Source of the DNA: Acidobacteriota bacterium
Lineage (GTDB): Bacteria; Acidobacteriota; UBA6911; RPQK01; JAJDTT01
Length of the DNA stretch: 64,000 nt
NCBI GenBank assembly: GCA_965222655.1
Contig: CBDCUP010000022.1
Coordinates: 1,802,955-1,866,954, forward strand
Direction of reading: 5' to 3'
Of this stretch, positions 1-12,851 are shown one piece after another. Both the position numbers and the translations under genes were made by a program. Under the pieces are notes generated by a model. It did no database searches and was not told the DNA's origin. It saw only the letters and a program-made list of their open reading frames with translations. Position 1 is the first letter of the stretch, and each line of letters begins with the position of its first letter.

Positions 1-92
1 GCAAGGTTCGAAAAGGGTCACGGTAGAGGAGCCAAGCTCAGATTTTGAACTCCTCTTGGAAAGTTCTTGGTATCGCACAGACTGGGGAGCCA

Positions 93-130
93 ATTCGAAG
101 TTCGAAGTGCGAAGTTCGAACTTCGAATTG
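93..130. repeat. Perfect 15-bp-stem palindrome (aattcgaagttcgaa / ttcgaacttcgaatt, 8-nt loop) upstream of the four-helix-bundle gene
   Basis: Read directly: arm 93-107 is the reverse complement of 116-130. A 'cttcgca(c/t)ttcc' direct repeat follows. Confidence 0.7.
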
Positions 131-218
131 GCGATCCTTCGCACTTCCCATTCTTCCTTCGCATTTCCCGAACCCTTCCCCCCGAAAATCGTTTCGCACT
201 TCTCCGATCGCGGCCGTA

Positions 219-587
219 ATGATATGCATGGGAAATGCGCCAGACCTTTTGGAACGCACCAAGACCTTCGCCATGGATGTCCTTAGACTTTGCGCCACCC
301 TCTCCGCGGGTGCCGAAGGCGGTCACATTAAACGGCAGCTTCTACGAGCCGCGACGTCGGTGGGGGCCAATTACCGAGCTGCACGCCGGGCACGCAGCCG
401 CCGCGAGTTCGTTTCTCGGCTCTCCGTCGTCGAGGAAGAAGCGGACGAGTCGATCTACTGGCTCGAGCTGCTGGAGCAACTCGGGGCAGCTCCTGCCGAT
501 CGACTCCGATCGCTCCAGTCCGAAGCCGACCAATTAGTTGCGATAATGGTTGCTGCCAAGAGGACGGCTCGCCTCAAAGGTCTCTGA
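219..587 (+). CDS. Four-helix-bundle protein (23S rRNA intervening-sequence protein family, TIGR02436-like)
   Basis: ORF 45..587, trimmed to internal Met (MICMGNAPDLLERT...). Family-typical helices: ...AMDVLRL..., ...LRAATSVGANYRAA..., ...ESIYWLELL.... Confidence 0.6.
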   Translation: MICMGNAPDLLERTKTFAMDVLRLCATLSAGAEGGHIKRQLLRAATSVGANYRAARRARSRREFVSRLSVVEEEADESIYWLELLEQLGAAPADRLRSLQSEADQLVAIMVAAKRTARLKGL

Positions 588-818
588 TCGGGAAAGGTCA
601 CACAGATCAAGCCCCCCGTCGCCAGCCCGTGGATCGGCGCAAGGCTGCAGGTTTGGTTCAGCTCTGCTTTGATCGGGACGCACGCCTCTACGTGCTTCAG
701 TTCCAGTTGGACTGAACCATTATTCACCGAATATCAGGCGAGGCCATGATCTGACCCGAGCTAGATGCGAGAAGAGACAACAAGATGACACGTTTTAATC
801 AAGCTGTTAAAGAACGCG

Positions 819-1223
819 CTATCCGGACGACTGATGGAGCCAAGGCGTGTGGCTAAGACCGACGATAAGGCCTTCGGGACTGATGAGTCGAGCGATCGTT
901 TGCTTCCAGGGCTCTACCTTCGCGGGGTGAAGAAGCTGGTAACCCTTCGCTTCGAGTTCCTTTGCGGCGGCGTCAACATCCGCCACTTCGAACTCGAGAT
1001 TCGCCTGCGGTAGGGGGATATTGCTCGGCCACTCCTCGGTTCCAAAGCAAGACTTCGCAGCGTCGCTGAGGGACCAAAGGCTAAAGTGATTAACGCCACC
1101 AAGTTCCTCGGTCATTGGATAACTGCCCTGTAGAGGTAGATTGAGAGCGTCAATGTACAGCCGCTTACTGGCTACCATGTCAGTTACGATGGGAGAAAAA
1201 CCGGCGACGAAGAGAATTTCCAT
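819..1223 (-). CDS. VOC (glyoxalase/bleomycin-resistance/dioxygenase) family protein
   Basis: 134 aa, beta-alpha-beta-beta-beta module-like sequence, size typical of VOC proteins. Confidence 0.5.
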   Translation of the reverse strand: MEILFVAGFSPIVTDMVASKRLYIDALNLPLQGSYPMTEELGGVNHFSLWSLSDAAKSCFGTEEWPSNIPLPQANLEFEVADVDAAAKELEAKGYQLLHPAKVEPWKQTIARLISPEGLIVGLSHTPWLHQSSG

Positions 1224-1842
1224 GGTTGGCTCCCCTGCTGACTCAAGATCCCAGTCCGAGCGATCGTGGGCATATTGTAGCAGGCTTCAAAGAGGAGGCC
1301 CTGACGGGACCGGGCGACGCTATCCCTTCCAGAGGCTCCCTCTCGAGCTGGACAGAAAGGGTTTGTAAAACGTCACGATTGAGGAGCCAATTCTTTCAAT
1401 AACTTACCCCGATCGTCTGAACCTCGTCAACCGAGATCTCCAGCTTCTCAAGTCCATGTTGAACCTGATACAGCTCCCTTGAGTCTGATCGCACGTTTTA
1501 CTCATTCTTGATGTGTTGATACGCTTGACAGAGATGCTGAGGTCATCCCATCGTCGCGAGTCTATTGTGGTCTCCAGGCCGCCGCGGCGACCACAGACAC
1601 TACCGGTCAATAGGCAGGATTGCCTGCCTTATGTCTCGCGATAAAAGGTGGCGCCGATGTAGCCGAGGGTGACGGCGCTGTTGGAGAAGCCGGCGAGCTG
1701 CGAAATGTCCGCTTCGCGCTGCGATCCTGCCTGGGTGGTTGACCGATCGGCTTCACAGAGGTACCAGGAGGTCAGGATCCTTCCATCAGGCAACATGTAA
1801 AGCATTCCATAAATACGGTCACTAGAGAAGAGAATCAGTGAT

Positions 1843-3054
1843 ATGAAGCGATTTCGAAGCCAAGACTCGACCTCAGCCCTGGACTCGGATGGCGCTGGCG
1901 AAAAGCTGAGCCGGCGAGGCTTTTTCGCTGGGGTCCCCGGGGGGCTACTCTTAAGTCGGATCGGCGGAACGGCACCTGGAGGAAGCCAGAAAGAGTCCTC
2001 GCCGCCTGCGATCCAAATCAAGACCCGGGAGGGAGAAGAACTTCCTGTTGTTCTGCATCCACTCGATCGCCAGATCTGGGAGGAAGAACTCTCTGGGTTC
2101 GTTCCCCAAAGAGTCTTCGACGCCCATTGCCACATGTACCGGCGCGAGTTCGATCTGAATTATCGAGCGGCCCTCAGTAGCCGAACTGATTTCACCGCCG
2201 AAACGGTTTGGAGGGACTGCGACCTGGAGGTCGTAAAGACTGCGGAAAGTGTGTTGATGCCAGGATGCAAGATCACCCGCCTGGCCTTTCCCTTCCCTTT
2301 CCGGCGATGCGACTTTGAAAGTTCCAACCAATTCATCGCCGCCGAGATCGAAAAGGAACACGGATCGGCCGCCCTCATGTTGGTCGAACCAGCGATGTCA
2401 TCCGAGCAGGTGGAGAAGACAATCCTTCGACATCGTCTGCTTGGACTGAAGCCGTATCCCAGGTACTGCCTAAGGCAAGAGTGTCGGATCACTGATTTTC
2501 TGCCCGAGCACCAGATAGCCATCGCCGACCGCTACGGCCTTTTGATCATGCTTCACGTGGGAATGAAGAAGTCTTTTGCCGATCCGAGGAACCTGGACGA
2601 CCTGCTGAGACTGACGGGGAAATACCCGCGAGCCAAGTGGATCCTGGCCCACGGTGCCAGGAGCTTTGCTCCTTTTCCGATCGAGAAGGCAGCGCCGAAG
2701 CTGCGAGGCATCCCCAACATCTGGTACGAAGTTTCGGCCGTCTGTGCGATGGAGTCCTTCGATGCCCTGTTCTCAGGAGTGGAGATCGATCGGATCCTCT
2801 ACGGTGCGGATTCAGGGGACGTAGGATTCGGACGTGGAAAAATCGTCTTTTACGGGAAGAGCTGGGGTGATCTGACTCCCCGTACCAACAATCTCGGGGG
2901 TCAGTTGACCTTCTATCTCTACGAACAGCTGCGAGCGATGCGGAAGGCGGCCCTTCGCATCGGCCTGACCCGGCAGCAGATCGAAGACATCTTCTTCACA
3001 ACCGCGGATCGGCTGGTTGGTTCGGTGGCCCAAGCGCTGGGAAGACGAGATTGA
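1843..3054 (+). CDS. Tat-exported amidohydrolase-2 family metal-dependent hydrolase
   Basis: Twin-arginine motif SRRGFFAG. HxH metal motif FDAHCHMY. Length and TIM-barrel hydrolase-like composition. Confidence 0.6.
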   Translation: MKRFRSQDSTSALDSDGAGEKLSRRGFFAGVPGGLLLSRIGGTAPGGSQKESSPPAIQIKTREGEELPVVLHPLDRQIWEEELSGFVPQRVFDAHCHMYRREFDLNYRAALSSRTDFTAETVWRDCDLEVVKTAESVLMPGCKITRLAFPFPFRRCDFESSNQFIAAEIEKEHGSAALMLVEPAMSSEQVEKTILRHRLLGLKPYPRYCLRQECRITDFLPEHQIAIADRYGLLIMLHVGMKKSFADPRNLDDLLRLTGKYPRAKWILAHGARSFAPFPIEKAAPKLRGIPNIWYEVSAVCAMESFDALFSGVEIDRILYGADSGDVGFGRGKIVFYGKSWGDLTPRTNNLGGQLTFYLYEQLRAMRKAALRIGLTRQQIEDIFFTTADRLVGSVAQALGRRD

Positions 3055-3382
3055 GCACACTTGGAAGCCAGGCCATTCACCACCAGGTCTCTCCCTGGGC
3101 CAGGTCGAGGAGGCCGAGGGAGTGTGCTCGGGTCGGGCTCGGCTGGCCAGGTTCATGTAGGGCAGCTCCAGGATCTTTAACATCGACGAGATTCACCGAC
3201 GTCGGTCTCCTGGGTACGCCGCGAATCAACAGGTTGGTTGGGCCCAGGGGGGGCCTTCGCGGTTGATTGTGACGATCTGACCCCTTGCCTGACGCGAACG
3301 GACCAGCCTGGCACCTACCGATGGAGGCGCAATACAGAATCCAATTTGGCAATCAACCCAAGCCGCTGATACTCGTTCGTTG

Positions 3383-4672
3383 TCAGTCTCCCGGCTGCGA
3401 TGCGGGAGCGTTCTCCAGATGCCAGAACAGCGCCCGTATCCCCAGCCAGGGGCAATCTCCCGGTTGATCTCCCTGGACACAGGGGCTCTTCGGATCCTCG
3501 TAGTATCGCTTCAGCGACTCCTCCTCCCAGTATGCATAGACCGTAAGGAAATGGTTGGGAGACAGCTCAAGCATCGGGGCGGTGAAGGAAACAGTGGGAG
3601 GGGGACTTAGGAGTTCGAACCCTTTCGACCGATTCAGAAGGCGGCTTCCACTGCGGCTTCCGTCCACCCAGCTCCGGCCGCCATCCAGGCTGATGCGCAC
3701 GACCCGGCGCCCGTCCTTCTGGCCCACGCCGGAGGCCACAACGACGGTGTCACTGGTGGTCCACAGGATCGTCGCCCGGTGGCTATAGTAACCCAGATAG
3801 CTGCCGGGCACTTCGCGAAAGGAGCGGCCTCCGTCGGTCGACTCCAGCAGCAGCGCACCCTTCCAGGGCCAGGCGGTGCCCGGCGGTACTCCGGCCGCCT
3901 TCTCCTCCGCGGCCGCGTCCTGGCCTCTCAGGGGCGGGCGCTGCAGTCGTGTCACTGCCAATAGGTGGTCCGGGTCGTTGGGATCTACTGAATAGCCGGT
4001 TTCGGCAACATGCTGGTGCACTTCAGTCGGATCACCCCAGGTCTTCCCTCCATTCGCAGAGCGTATGAGCGTCTCGTGAAAGCCCGGCCGAGATTGATCT
4101 TCCTGCTGATAGTCCCCATGATCCTGGTAGCGCAGGCCGACGCCCAGCACCATGGTGCCGTCGGGGCGCTGAAAAAAGGTGTTGTAGTCGTTGTAGCAGA
4201 AGCTAAACGGATGCTTGGGGGCGCCCGGAGCCAGGTTGGCATAGTCGATCGAGGTCTGGGTCCAGGTGAGACCAGCGTCCTCGGAAAGCGACACAGACAG
4301 ATCCTTGCCGCCAGGGGATTGGTGCATCAACCACAGACGCCCGTCGCGGCTCACGCCCACACCGTGGAGGATCTGTTTGTCCGGTGTCTCCGAGAGATCC
4401 ACGGGTAGTCTCTTCCAGGTCTCGCCCAGGTCGCCGCTGGTCAGAAGGCCCTGGGTCTGGGTCCTCAGGTAAATCGTGCCGTCGGGATGGCGGACCATGC
4501 CCAGCATCTCGTGGGTCAGGCCTGTTTCCGGGCTCGGCTCGACCACGTTCAGCTGCTTGTCGATCTTGATGAAGACCCGCTCCGGATCGAGCTTCTGCTG
4601 GGCAGGTGGCGCGGTGCAGGCGGCGATCAAGACAACGACCGGCAGAGTACCGGTGACCAGATGGAACCTCAT
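3383..4672 (-). CDS. BNR/Asp-box repeat sialidase-like lipoprotein
   Basis: Signal peptide with Cys (LIAAC). Four Asp-boxes: SEDAGLTW, SANGGKTW, STDGGRSF, SLDGGRSW. Confidence 0.7.
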   Translation of the reverse strand: MRFHLVTGTLPVVVLIAACTAPPAQQKLDPERVFIKIDKQLNVVEPSPETGLTHEMLGMVRHPDGTIYLRTQTQGLLTSGDLGETWKRLPVDLSETPDKQILHGVGVSRDGRLWLMHQSPGGKDLSVSLSEDAGLTWTQTSIDYANLAPGAPKHPFSFCYNDYNTFFQRPDGTMVLGVGLRYQDHGDYQQEDQSRPGFHETLIRSANGGKTWGDPTEVHQHVAETGYSVDPNDPDHLLAVTRLQRPPLRGQDAAAEEKAAGVPPGTAWPWKGALLLESTDGGRSFREVPGSYLGYYSHRATILWTTSDTVVVASGVGQKDGRRVVRISLDGGRSWVDGSRSGSRLLNRSKGFELLSPPPTVSFTAPMLELSPNHFLTVYAYWEEESLKRYYEDPKSPCVQGDQPGDCPWLGIRALFWHLENAPASQPGD

Positions 4673-4929
4673 GGCGTTGTCCCCCCTATTGGAATCTCTT
4701 GTCAGAGCAGCATATCATCCTCAGGCGGAAAGTCTATCTGGGCCGGCCCCGGGCGTGATAGTCCGTTGCGTCGGACAAGCCCACCCCGACCGCCGGCGGG
4801 GCTTCTATTTCAGATCCCACCGCTTGAGCGATGACCGGCGGCCGAAGTTCAATTTCGGCTGGTGCAGGAGCACCAGTTTGCGGGAGCTGAGGTGAGCGTG
4901 CGGCGCTGGGTGCGGGAATGGAAAGCCGC

Positions 4930-7164
<2,235 letters not shown>

Positions 7165-7764
7165 CTATTTTTCCCAACCTGCTCTGTATACAAGGATCAT
7201 GAATCCTTGAAAAGTGATGATGTACACGCCGTACATGCCCCGAATAATCTCAACTCGACCTCATCGATCGCACTCAAGTGGTAATCGGAATCCTTCAATT
7301 CTCGATTGGACTTCCCAAAGTTTCGTAGACACTCTGCTGACTATACTGAGGCAGCGATCAGGAATGTAAGGCAAGCAGCGCTGAATTCGTGGGTCTGGCA
7401 ACCGTTGAGTTCTGCCATCGTACAACTCCTTATGATGAAACGGGATGAATAACGCCGCCCATAGACGATACCGCAGCTTGGCGTGAAACATCAATGCAGA
7501 GGTGCTTTAGTGTCCCCATCGGGGATGGTGAAACCCCTCGCTTTGACGCGAAGAGAAGGTCCCCGAAGTCCCGCAGGGACGGTAGGGTGATCTTCAAGTG
7601 AGTTGAAAACGGAAGAGTCGGTCTCTGGACGTGGCTTTGGTCTCCAGGCCGAAGTGTACCGGTCGAGCGTAGCTCGACCGACGCGGTGTGTAGGTCGGGG
7701 GTGAGAAGTGCGGGCCAGGTCGGGTTCCCGATCGAGTCCCGTCTCAAAGAGTCTCAAAACTCAT

Positions 7765-7930
7765 CTAGGAGCCTGCGCGGTAGAAATGATCGTAGCCAGA
7801 AAGCGGGGAATCGAGGCCAGATTTTCTCGAGTGCGAGATGCATAGTTGTTCTATTCGTCGAGAAATCGGGGAAATATGGGCCGATTCTACCGTTTTCGCA
7901 GTAGATCAGTTTCTACCGCGCAGGCTCCTA
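7765..7930. repeat. 22-bp perfect inverted repeat (ctaggagcctgcgcggtagaaa ... tttctaccgcgcaggctcctag) with a 122-bp spacer containing an internal direct repeat
   Basis: Read directly. The right arm overlaps the stop codon (7928-7930, minus strand) of the aldolase gene. Inner direct repeats 'agaaagcggggaatcgaggccagatt' and 'agaaatcggggaaatatgggccgatt'. Confidence 0.75.
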
Positions 7931-8665
7931 GGCCGGCGCATCTTCCTGAAAGAGGGTAATCCCGATCTCCAAATACTTGTCGCGTTCTTCTGGCGTCGTT
8001 GCCGTACCCATGGCCAGACGAATGCCGGTGCCTGCCAGTTGGGCGGCCACATTGCGCATACAGTCATCGACGTTTCGCAGCGGATATTCCGGGTGGTCTT
8101 CGAGGCTGAACAAGAGATCGTTTGGTCCGAAGGTGACCACGTTCACTCCTGGTTTGGCCAGTTTCAGAATATTGCTCACCGCTTCAACGGATTCTACCTG
8201 GATAGCTAAAACCACATAGTCGTTCCACCACGCCGCATAGGCGTGCCGATCCATCCCCTGGGCCGCGCCGCGCACACCCCGGCGATTAGGTCCGCCCCAG
8301 CTGCGCCGTCCTATGGGCCCGTAATAGGCATAGGCAATGGCGTCGTCTACGGTCTCGGGTTCCATTACTTCTGGGACCAGAACCGCGCTGGGCCCAAAGT
8401 CCAGATAGCGCCCGACCAGATAGGCGTGCCGGGTGTGGGTGATGCGCAGTTGCACGTCGATGCCCAATTCTTCGGCAGCGCGGCAGTAATCGACCAACTG
8501 TTCTTCGCTGAAAGGGCTATGCTGACCATCTATCCAGATATAGTCATACTTACCAGTCGACAATATCCCGGACAACTGGTCCTTACTGGTGGTTAGCGAT
8601 CCACGCAGGGCGACCAGTACTTCACCGTCTTTAATGCGTTGTCTGAGTGTTTTCGTGGGCGACAT
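7928..8665 (-). CDS. HpcH/HpaI-family aldolase (2-keto-3-deoxy-acid aldolase type)
   Basis: ORF 7928..8737, trimmed to Met at MSPTKTL. Motifs IWIDGQH, VESVEAV and GPNDL match the HpcH/HpaI fold. Confidence 0.6.
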   Translation of the reverse strand: MSPTKTLRQRIKDGEVLVALRGSLTTSKDQLSGILSTGKYDYIWIDGQHSPFSEEQLVDYCRAAEELGIDVQLRITHTRHAYLVGRYLDFGPSAVLVPEVMEPETVDDAIAYAYYGPIGRRSWGGPNRRGVRGAAQGMDRHAYAAWWNDYVVLAIQVESVEAVSNILKLAKPGVNVVTFGPNDLLFSLEDHPEYPLRNVDDCMRNVAAQLAGTGIRLAMGTATTPEERDKYLEIGITLFQEDAPA

Positions 8666-9047
8666 GGTTGGCTCCTGTGTTTGCTGGTTCTGTTGGGCAA
8701 GGGGAGGTTTCTGCCACTGGAAGCAATTGGATGCCAATCCCTTCCTTGGGGTCTTTGATGGGCAACCGCATGGAGGTCACCGCCGCACCGGCAGGACCGT
8801 ATTTGTTCTTTCACAGATGCTCGTGACTACCCCCGACAAAGAGGCTCCCATCCTGGATCGCGCAGGCGTTGGGGTAGTAGGCCAATGGGTCATGTTGAAA
8901 GCCGCGATCTTCGGCAGCCATGATCCAGCTTCTCCTGTTGTCGCTGCTGTAGACGACTTGACCATTGCCTCCAACGCCGGCGCAGTAGGTGACAGCAACA
9001 GCACCGTCGGGAAAAAATGAAGCGATACCTAGTTTAACGGATGCGCA

Positions 9048-10562
9048 ATGGGCAAACTAGGGCGGATGATGACAATGGTACTGGCCTTGATGTGTCTACT
9101 GTCGACATTTTCAGTGCAGGCTGGGAAGCCGGCCAAACCCGAGGAACCGCTGCACATAGGCTCTCGGCTGGAGTTGTTCGTTGATCACTATTTGATTGAC
9201 GCTATGCAGGGGGCGGAGTTGAAACTGCACTCTCCCCGTCCCGCGGAACCTGTCTTGACCTTCGATAAGCCCTGGGAAGGCGCCACCTCCGACTACATCT
9301 CAGTGCTCAAGGACGATGACCGCTATCGGATGTACTATCGAGGAAGCACGCACGCCGGCAAGAACCTTACGATCCCGTCCTTGCTGAAGCCGGACGAAAC
9401 ACTGATTGCCGATCATCGGGAGCTGACCTGCTATGCCGAGAGCCGGGATGGCATTAACTGGACGCGGCCGTCCCTGGGTCTGTTCGAGTTCAAGGGTTCC
9501 AAGGATAACAACATTGTCTGGACGGGTGTCCGTGGTGACGGATCCCACTGTTTCATGGTCTTCAAGGACACCAACCCTGAGTCGCCTGCCGATCAGCGCT
9601 ACAAGGCTCTGACCAACTATCACTCGCCCGGGTTGAAGCATGTCATGGGAGCCGTTTCAGGCGATGGGATCCACTGGAGGCTGGTGCGAGAGGACCCTCT
9701 CATTACCCAGGACGTTGACTGGGGGGGTGATCTGGCATTCTGGGATTCGCAGCAGCGACGATACGTTGCCTATCTCCGAGGTTTGAGGAAAGGAAGAATT
9801 CGAGAGGTGGTGCGCTCCAGCTCTCCCGATTTTCTTCATTGGAGCCCACCTGAGTTCCTCGATCTAGGCAAGACGCCGTTGGAGCACTTCTACACCAACG
9901 CTGCCACACCCTACTTCCGGGCTCCTCATATCTATCTCGCATTTCCCCGCCGCTTCGTGCCTTGGCGCACCCTGGAGCCCTACCGGGTAAACCCGAGGTC
10001 CGGTGTCTCGGACGCGGTCCTACTCAGCAGTCGAGACGGGTTTCACTGGCAGCGCACCTTCATGGAAGCTTTCATACGCCCGGGCAGGCACACCCGAAAC
10101 TGGATTCATCGCGCCAACACCCCTGCTTCGGGAGTCGTGGCCACGGCAGAGGATGAGATCTCTCTGTACGTCCAACGCCACTACACTTTCCCCAGCGTCC
10201 ACGTGCAGCGGATGGTCCTGCGAACCGACGGCTTCGTCTCAGTGAACGCGGGGTACTCAGGGGGAGAGCTCGTCACCAAGCCACTGGTGTTCCAGGGAGA
10301 CGACCTGATCCTGAACTACTCCACCTCGGCCGCGGGAAGCATCCGCGTCGAGATCCAGGATGCAAGGGGAAAGCCTGTTCCGGGATTCGCTTTAGAGGAA
10401 TCTCCCTTGATCTGGGGAGACGAAATCGCACACGCCATCCAGTGGACTCGCAGCCATCCCGGGGCTACGTCTGACAAACCCTTAGCACGCCTCTCAGGGA
10501 AACCGGTTCGGCTTCGCTTCGTCATCAAAGATGCGGATCTCTATTCCCTGCGTTTCCAGTAG
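9048..10562 (+). CDS. Secreted hypothetical protein (possible beta-propeller glycoside-hydrolase-like fold)
   Basis: 504-aa ORF with N-terminal signal peptide (MTMVLALMCLLSTFSVQA). No family assignable by eye. Confidence 0.5.
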   Translation: MGKLGRMMTMVLALMCLLSTFSVQAGKPAKPEEPLHIGSRLELFVDHYLIDAMQGAELKLHSPRPAEPVLTFDKPWEGATSDYISVLKDDDRYRMYYRGSTHAGKNLTIPSLLKPDETLIADHRELTCYAESRDGINWTRPSLGLFEFKGSKDNNIVWTGVRGDGSHCFMVFKDTNPESPADQRYKALTNYHSPGLKHVMGAVSGDGIHWRLVREDPLITQDVDWGGDLAFWDSQQRRYVAYLRGLRKGRIREVVRSSSPDFLHWSPPEFLDLGKTPLEHFYTNAATPYFRAPHIYLAFPRRFVPWRTLEPYRVNPRSGVSDAVLLSSRDGFHWQRTFMEAFIRPGRHTRNWIHRANTPASGVVATAEDEISLYVQRHYTFPSVHVQRMVLRTDGFVSVNAGYSGGELVTKPLVFQGDDLILNYSTSAAGSIRVEIQDARGKPVPGFALEESPLIWGDEIAHAIQWTRSHPGATSDKPLARLSGKPVRLRFVIKDADLYSLRFQ

Positions 10563-10700
10563 GGGCGCAAGGCTCCCTACCCTTGCCCTTGCCCTTGCCT
10601 TCACCCTCAAACTTGCCTTTGCCTGTGCCTTTGGCTTCCCCATTCCCTCGCCCCGCCCTTGCCTTTCGGACCTGTGCAAGTCGCTGGATAGGGGACCACG
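10563..10700. repeat. Imperfect heptamer repeats (cccttgcc / cctttgcc) between convergent genes
   Basis: Read directly: 'cccttgcccttgcccttgccttcaccctcaaacttgcctttgcctgtgcctttggc...'. Confidence 0.5.
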
Positions 10701-10758
10701 GCGATAGCCAGCAAAGAAGTTCACTGGCCTCTGAAGCAGTCTCTGGGCGCGGCTAACG

Positions 10759-12489
10759 TCATGTCTGGAAGTCCTCGGGAGAGAAGTAGACCCCGTAGAG
10801 ATGAGAACCCGGTGCGGGATCGCCCCGGTTGCTGTAGTCCACCATGAAGATGCGTCTATCACCCAGCTCCACCCAGGAGGAGTAGCCATTGTCAGGCCGA
10901 TGTGTGGCGGAGGGGGAATTGGCGTGGAGCTCCAGCATGTGGTCCAGCTGATACTGGTCGGGATGCTCACCCCCCTGGGCTTGCCACTCCCAGCGGTGAT
11001 CCGGCTCGGTCTCGTTGCCGACCTGGTAGGCGACGCGGTGCCACCAGCTCTTGCCCACTCCCTTCGCCGCCCGACCGAACCAGGTTTCCTGCAAAGGGAA
11101 GTCGTTGTACAGGGCCCGGCTCAGGACGACCTTCCCGTCCACCTCGACGGTGAACAATCCCTTTCGGGCCTGGAGTCGGACGCTTCGTGACTTCGTCATA
11201 TCCACTCTATGAATCAGGTCGATCCTGCCGCCACTAGCCCGGTCCCGATCGAGATCACGCTTGGGTGCGTAGAGCCAGAGGCCGTTGCTGCAAACATCCA
11301 ATCTCCTTTCCAAGCGACCGATCTCCAGCGAGGCGACGGGCCGATCAGGAGGTCCCGCTACTCGAAGCGTAGCCTCCAGGAACAGATCGCTACGGAAGTT
11401 CTCGGGGGGAAGGAGAATGTAGCGGGTCTCAGCATCGGGGACATCCTCTATACACAGCTCCTCCGACTCGAGCGTTACCTGGTCGTGGTAGTGGACCCCT
11501 CCCGGCTTGAAGCCGGGGTTGCGCCTCAGATCTCCGATCCAGGCATGGGTGCCCCGATTACCGGATCGGTTCCGGTAGGTGACCAGGACCTGGCCCCCAG
11601 GTAGCTGCTTCGCGTAAGGACGATCTCCTGCAAACGGCAAGGGTTTAGGTTGGCTCCAGTTCTTGCCCCCATCGGAGGAGAGACTCAGGTAGGAAGGGTA
11701 GCCGTGATGGTTGCTCTCCCTCATCACGCAGCCAAGGGTGCCGTCCGAGAGCACCACAATGGCTCCTTCCGTGTGATGGTGCACGATGTCGGCGGCGATG
11801 ATGCTCCGATCCTTCCAGGTTGTACCTCCGTCGCAGGAGCGCATGACGAAGACACCGAGCTTGCGGGTTGCCTTGAAGTAGATCTGGGAGGCCATTAGAA
11901 GGGTTCCCTCACCCAACTCCACGATACGGTCGGGCTCGAAGCCGGGAACACCCGTCAGATGGGGTTCGCTCCAGCTGCGGCCCTCGTCTGAGCTGAACCA
12001 GATCCAGATGCCCGGAGGCTGATCCTCGTGGACGTGACTGAAGTCATTCTGATCGCAGATGATCACCAACCGCCCGTCGCTGAGACGGCTGATTCGAGGG
12101 CTCACCCAGCGTTCCTGGCCTTTGCGCTTGTCCGCCTCCGAGACCACCCGCGGGTTCCCCCAGGTCTGGCCGCCGTCCAGGCTTTCCAGGGTCGTGATCC
12201 GCGTTGTCTCCTGGGGCCAGTGCGCATCGCAGTCGTTGTAGACCAGCATCATCTTCCCGCGGGGAAACCGGATCAGGTCGGGATTTTTGGTGAAGCGCCC
12301 CTGGGACCTCCACACCACCACCTGGCGTTTGGAGAAGGCGTCTAGAGAACGCATCCGTCTCCGCCCGCCTGCAGGGGCAGCTCCCAGGGGAGTACCGGGG
12401 AAGGGCGGGAAAACGGAGACAAAGCCTCCTGCTCCCAGAGTCCCGCTCAGGAAACGGCGCCGGTTCAAGCCAACATTTCTCATATGCAA
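10759..12489 (-). CDS. Tat-exported BNR/Asp-box sialidase-like protein
   Basis: Tat motif NRRRFLSG. Asp-boxes SLDGGQTW, SSDEGRSW, SCDGGTTW, SSDGGKNW. Confidence 0.7.
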   Translation of the reverse strand: MHMRNVGLNRRRFLSGTLGAGGFVSVFPPFPGTPLGAAPAGGRRRMRSLDAFSKRQVVVWRSQGRFTKNPDLIRFPRGKMMLVYNDCDAHWPQETTRITTLESLDGGQTWGNPRVVSEADKRKGQERWVSPRISRLSDGRLVIICDQNDFSHVHEDQPPGIWIWFSSDEGRSWSEPHLTGVPGFEPDRIVELGEGTLLMASQIYFKATRKLGVFVMRSCDGGTTWKDRSIIAADIVHHHTEGAIVVLSDGTLGCVMRESNHHGYPSYLSLSSDGGKNWSQPKPLPFAGDRPYAKQLPGGQVLVTYRNRSGNRGTHAWIGDLRRNPGFKPGGVHYHDQVTLESEELCIEDVPDAETRYILLPPENFRSDLFLEATLRVAGPPDRPVASLEIGRLERRLDVCSNGLWLYAPKRDLDRDRASGGRIDLIHRVDMTKSRSVRLQARKGLFTVEVDGKVVLSRALYNDFPLQETWFGRAAKGVGKSWWHRVAYQVGNETEPDHRWEWQAQGGEHPDQYQLDHMLELHANSPSATHRPDNGYSSWVELGDRRIFMVDYSNRGDPAPGSHLYGVYFSPEDFQT

Positions 12490-12851
12490 CTCCTGGCCTG
12501 GATCGCAGTGAGTCTAGATTCGCTTCTTTGTAAGCGAAGCGCAAGCGCAATGGTGAGAAGCTCTTGGTCGACAAAGCCCCGGCCTCTAGGGTGGGAGATC
12601 CCTAAGAAAGCACAGGTGAGCGCAAACAGGACCAGGTACGACGAAACCGGGATGCCCCGGATCGATCGCTGCATTTCTCGTTCCCCCCAACACCAGCATG
12701 AAGCTGAGCGGGGCCATGTTCGCGTATCTGGGACCATTCCGTCAAATGAAAGGTGTTGTTCCAGTACCCTCCAATGGATGAGTAATTTCCCCCTTGATTC
12801 CTGATCGAAGAGGACGCACACGAAGCCAGTAGTGTGGTGGCAGCAGCAGGA

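Noticed and set aside
1-40. tRNA-like 'ggttcgaa' near the window start
   Set aside because: No acceptor stem or anticodon-arm complementarity could be built around it. It is not a tRNA.
1629-2135. 168-aa minus-strand ORF
   Set aside because: It overlaps the start and signal-peptide region of the amidohydrolase gene on the other strand and has no motif support.
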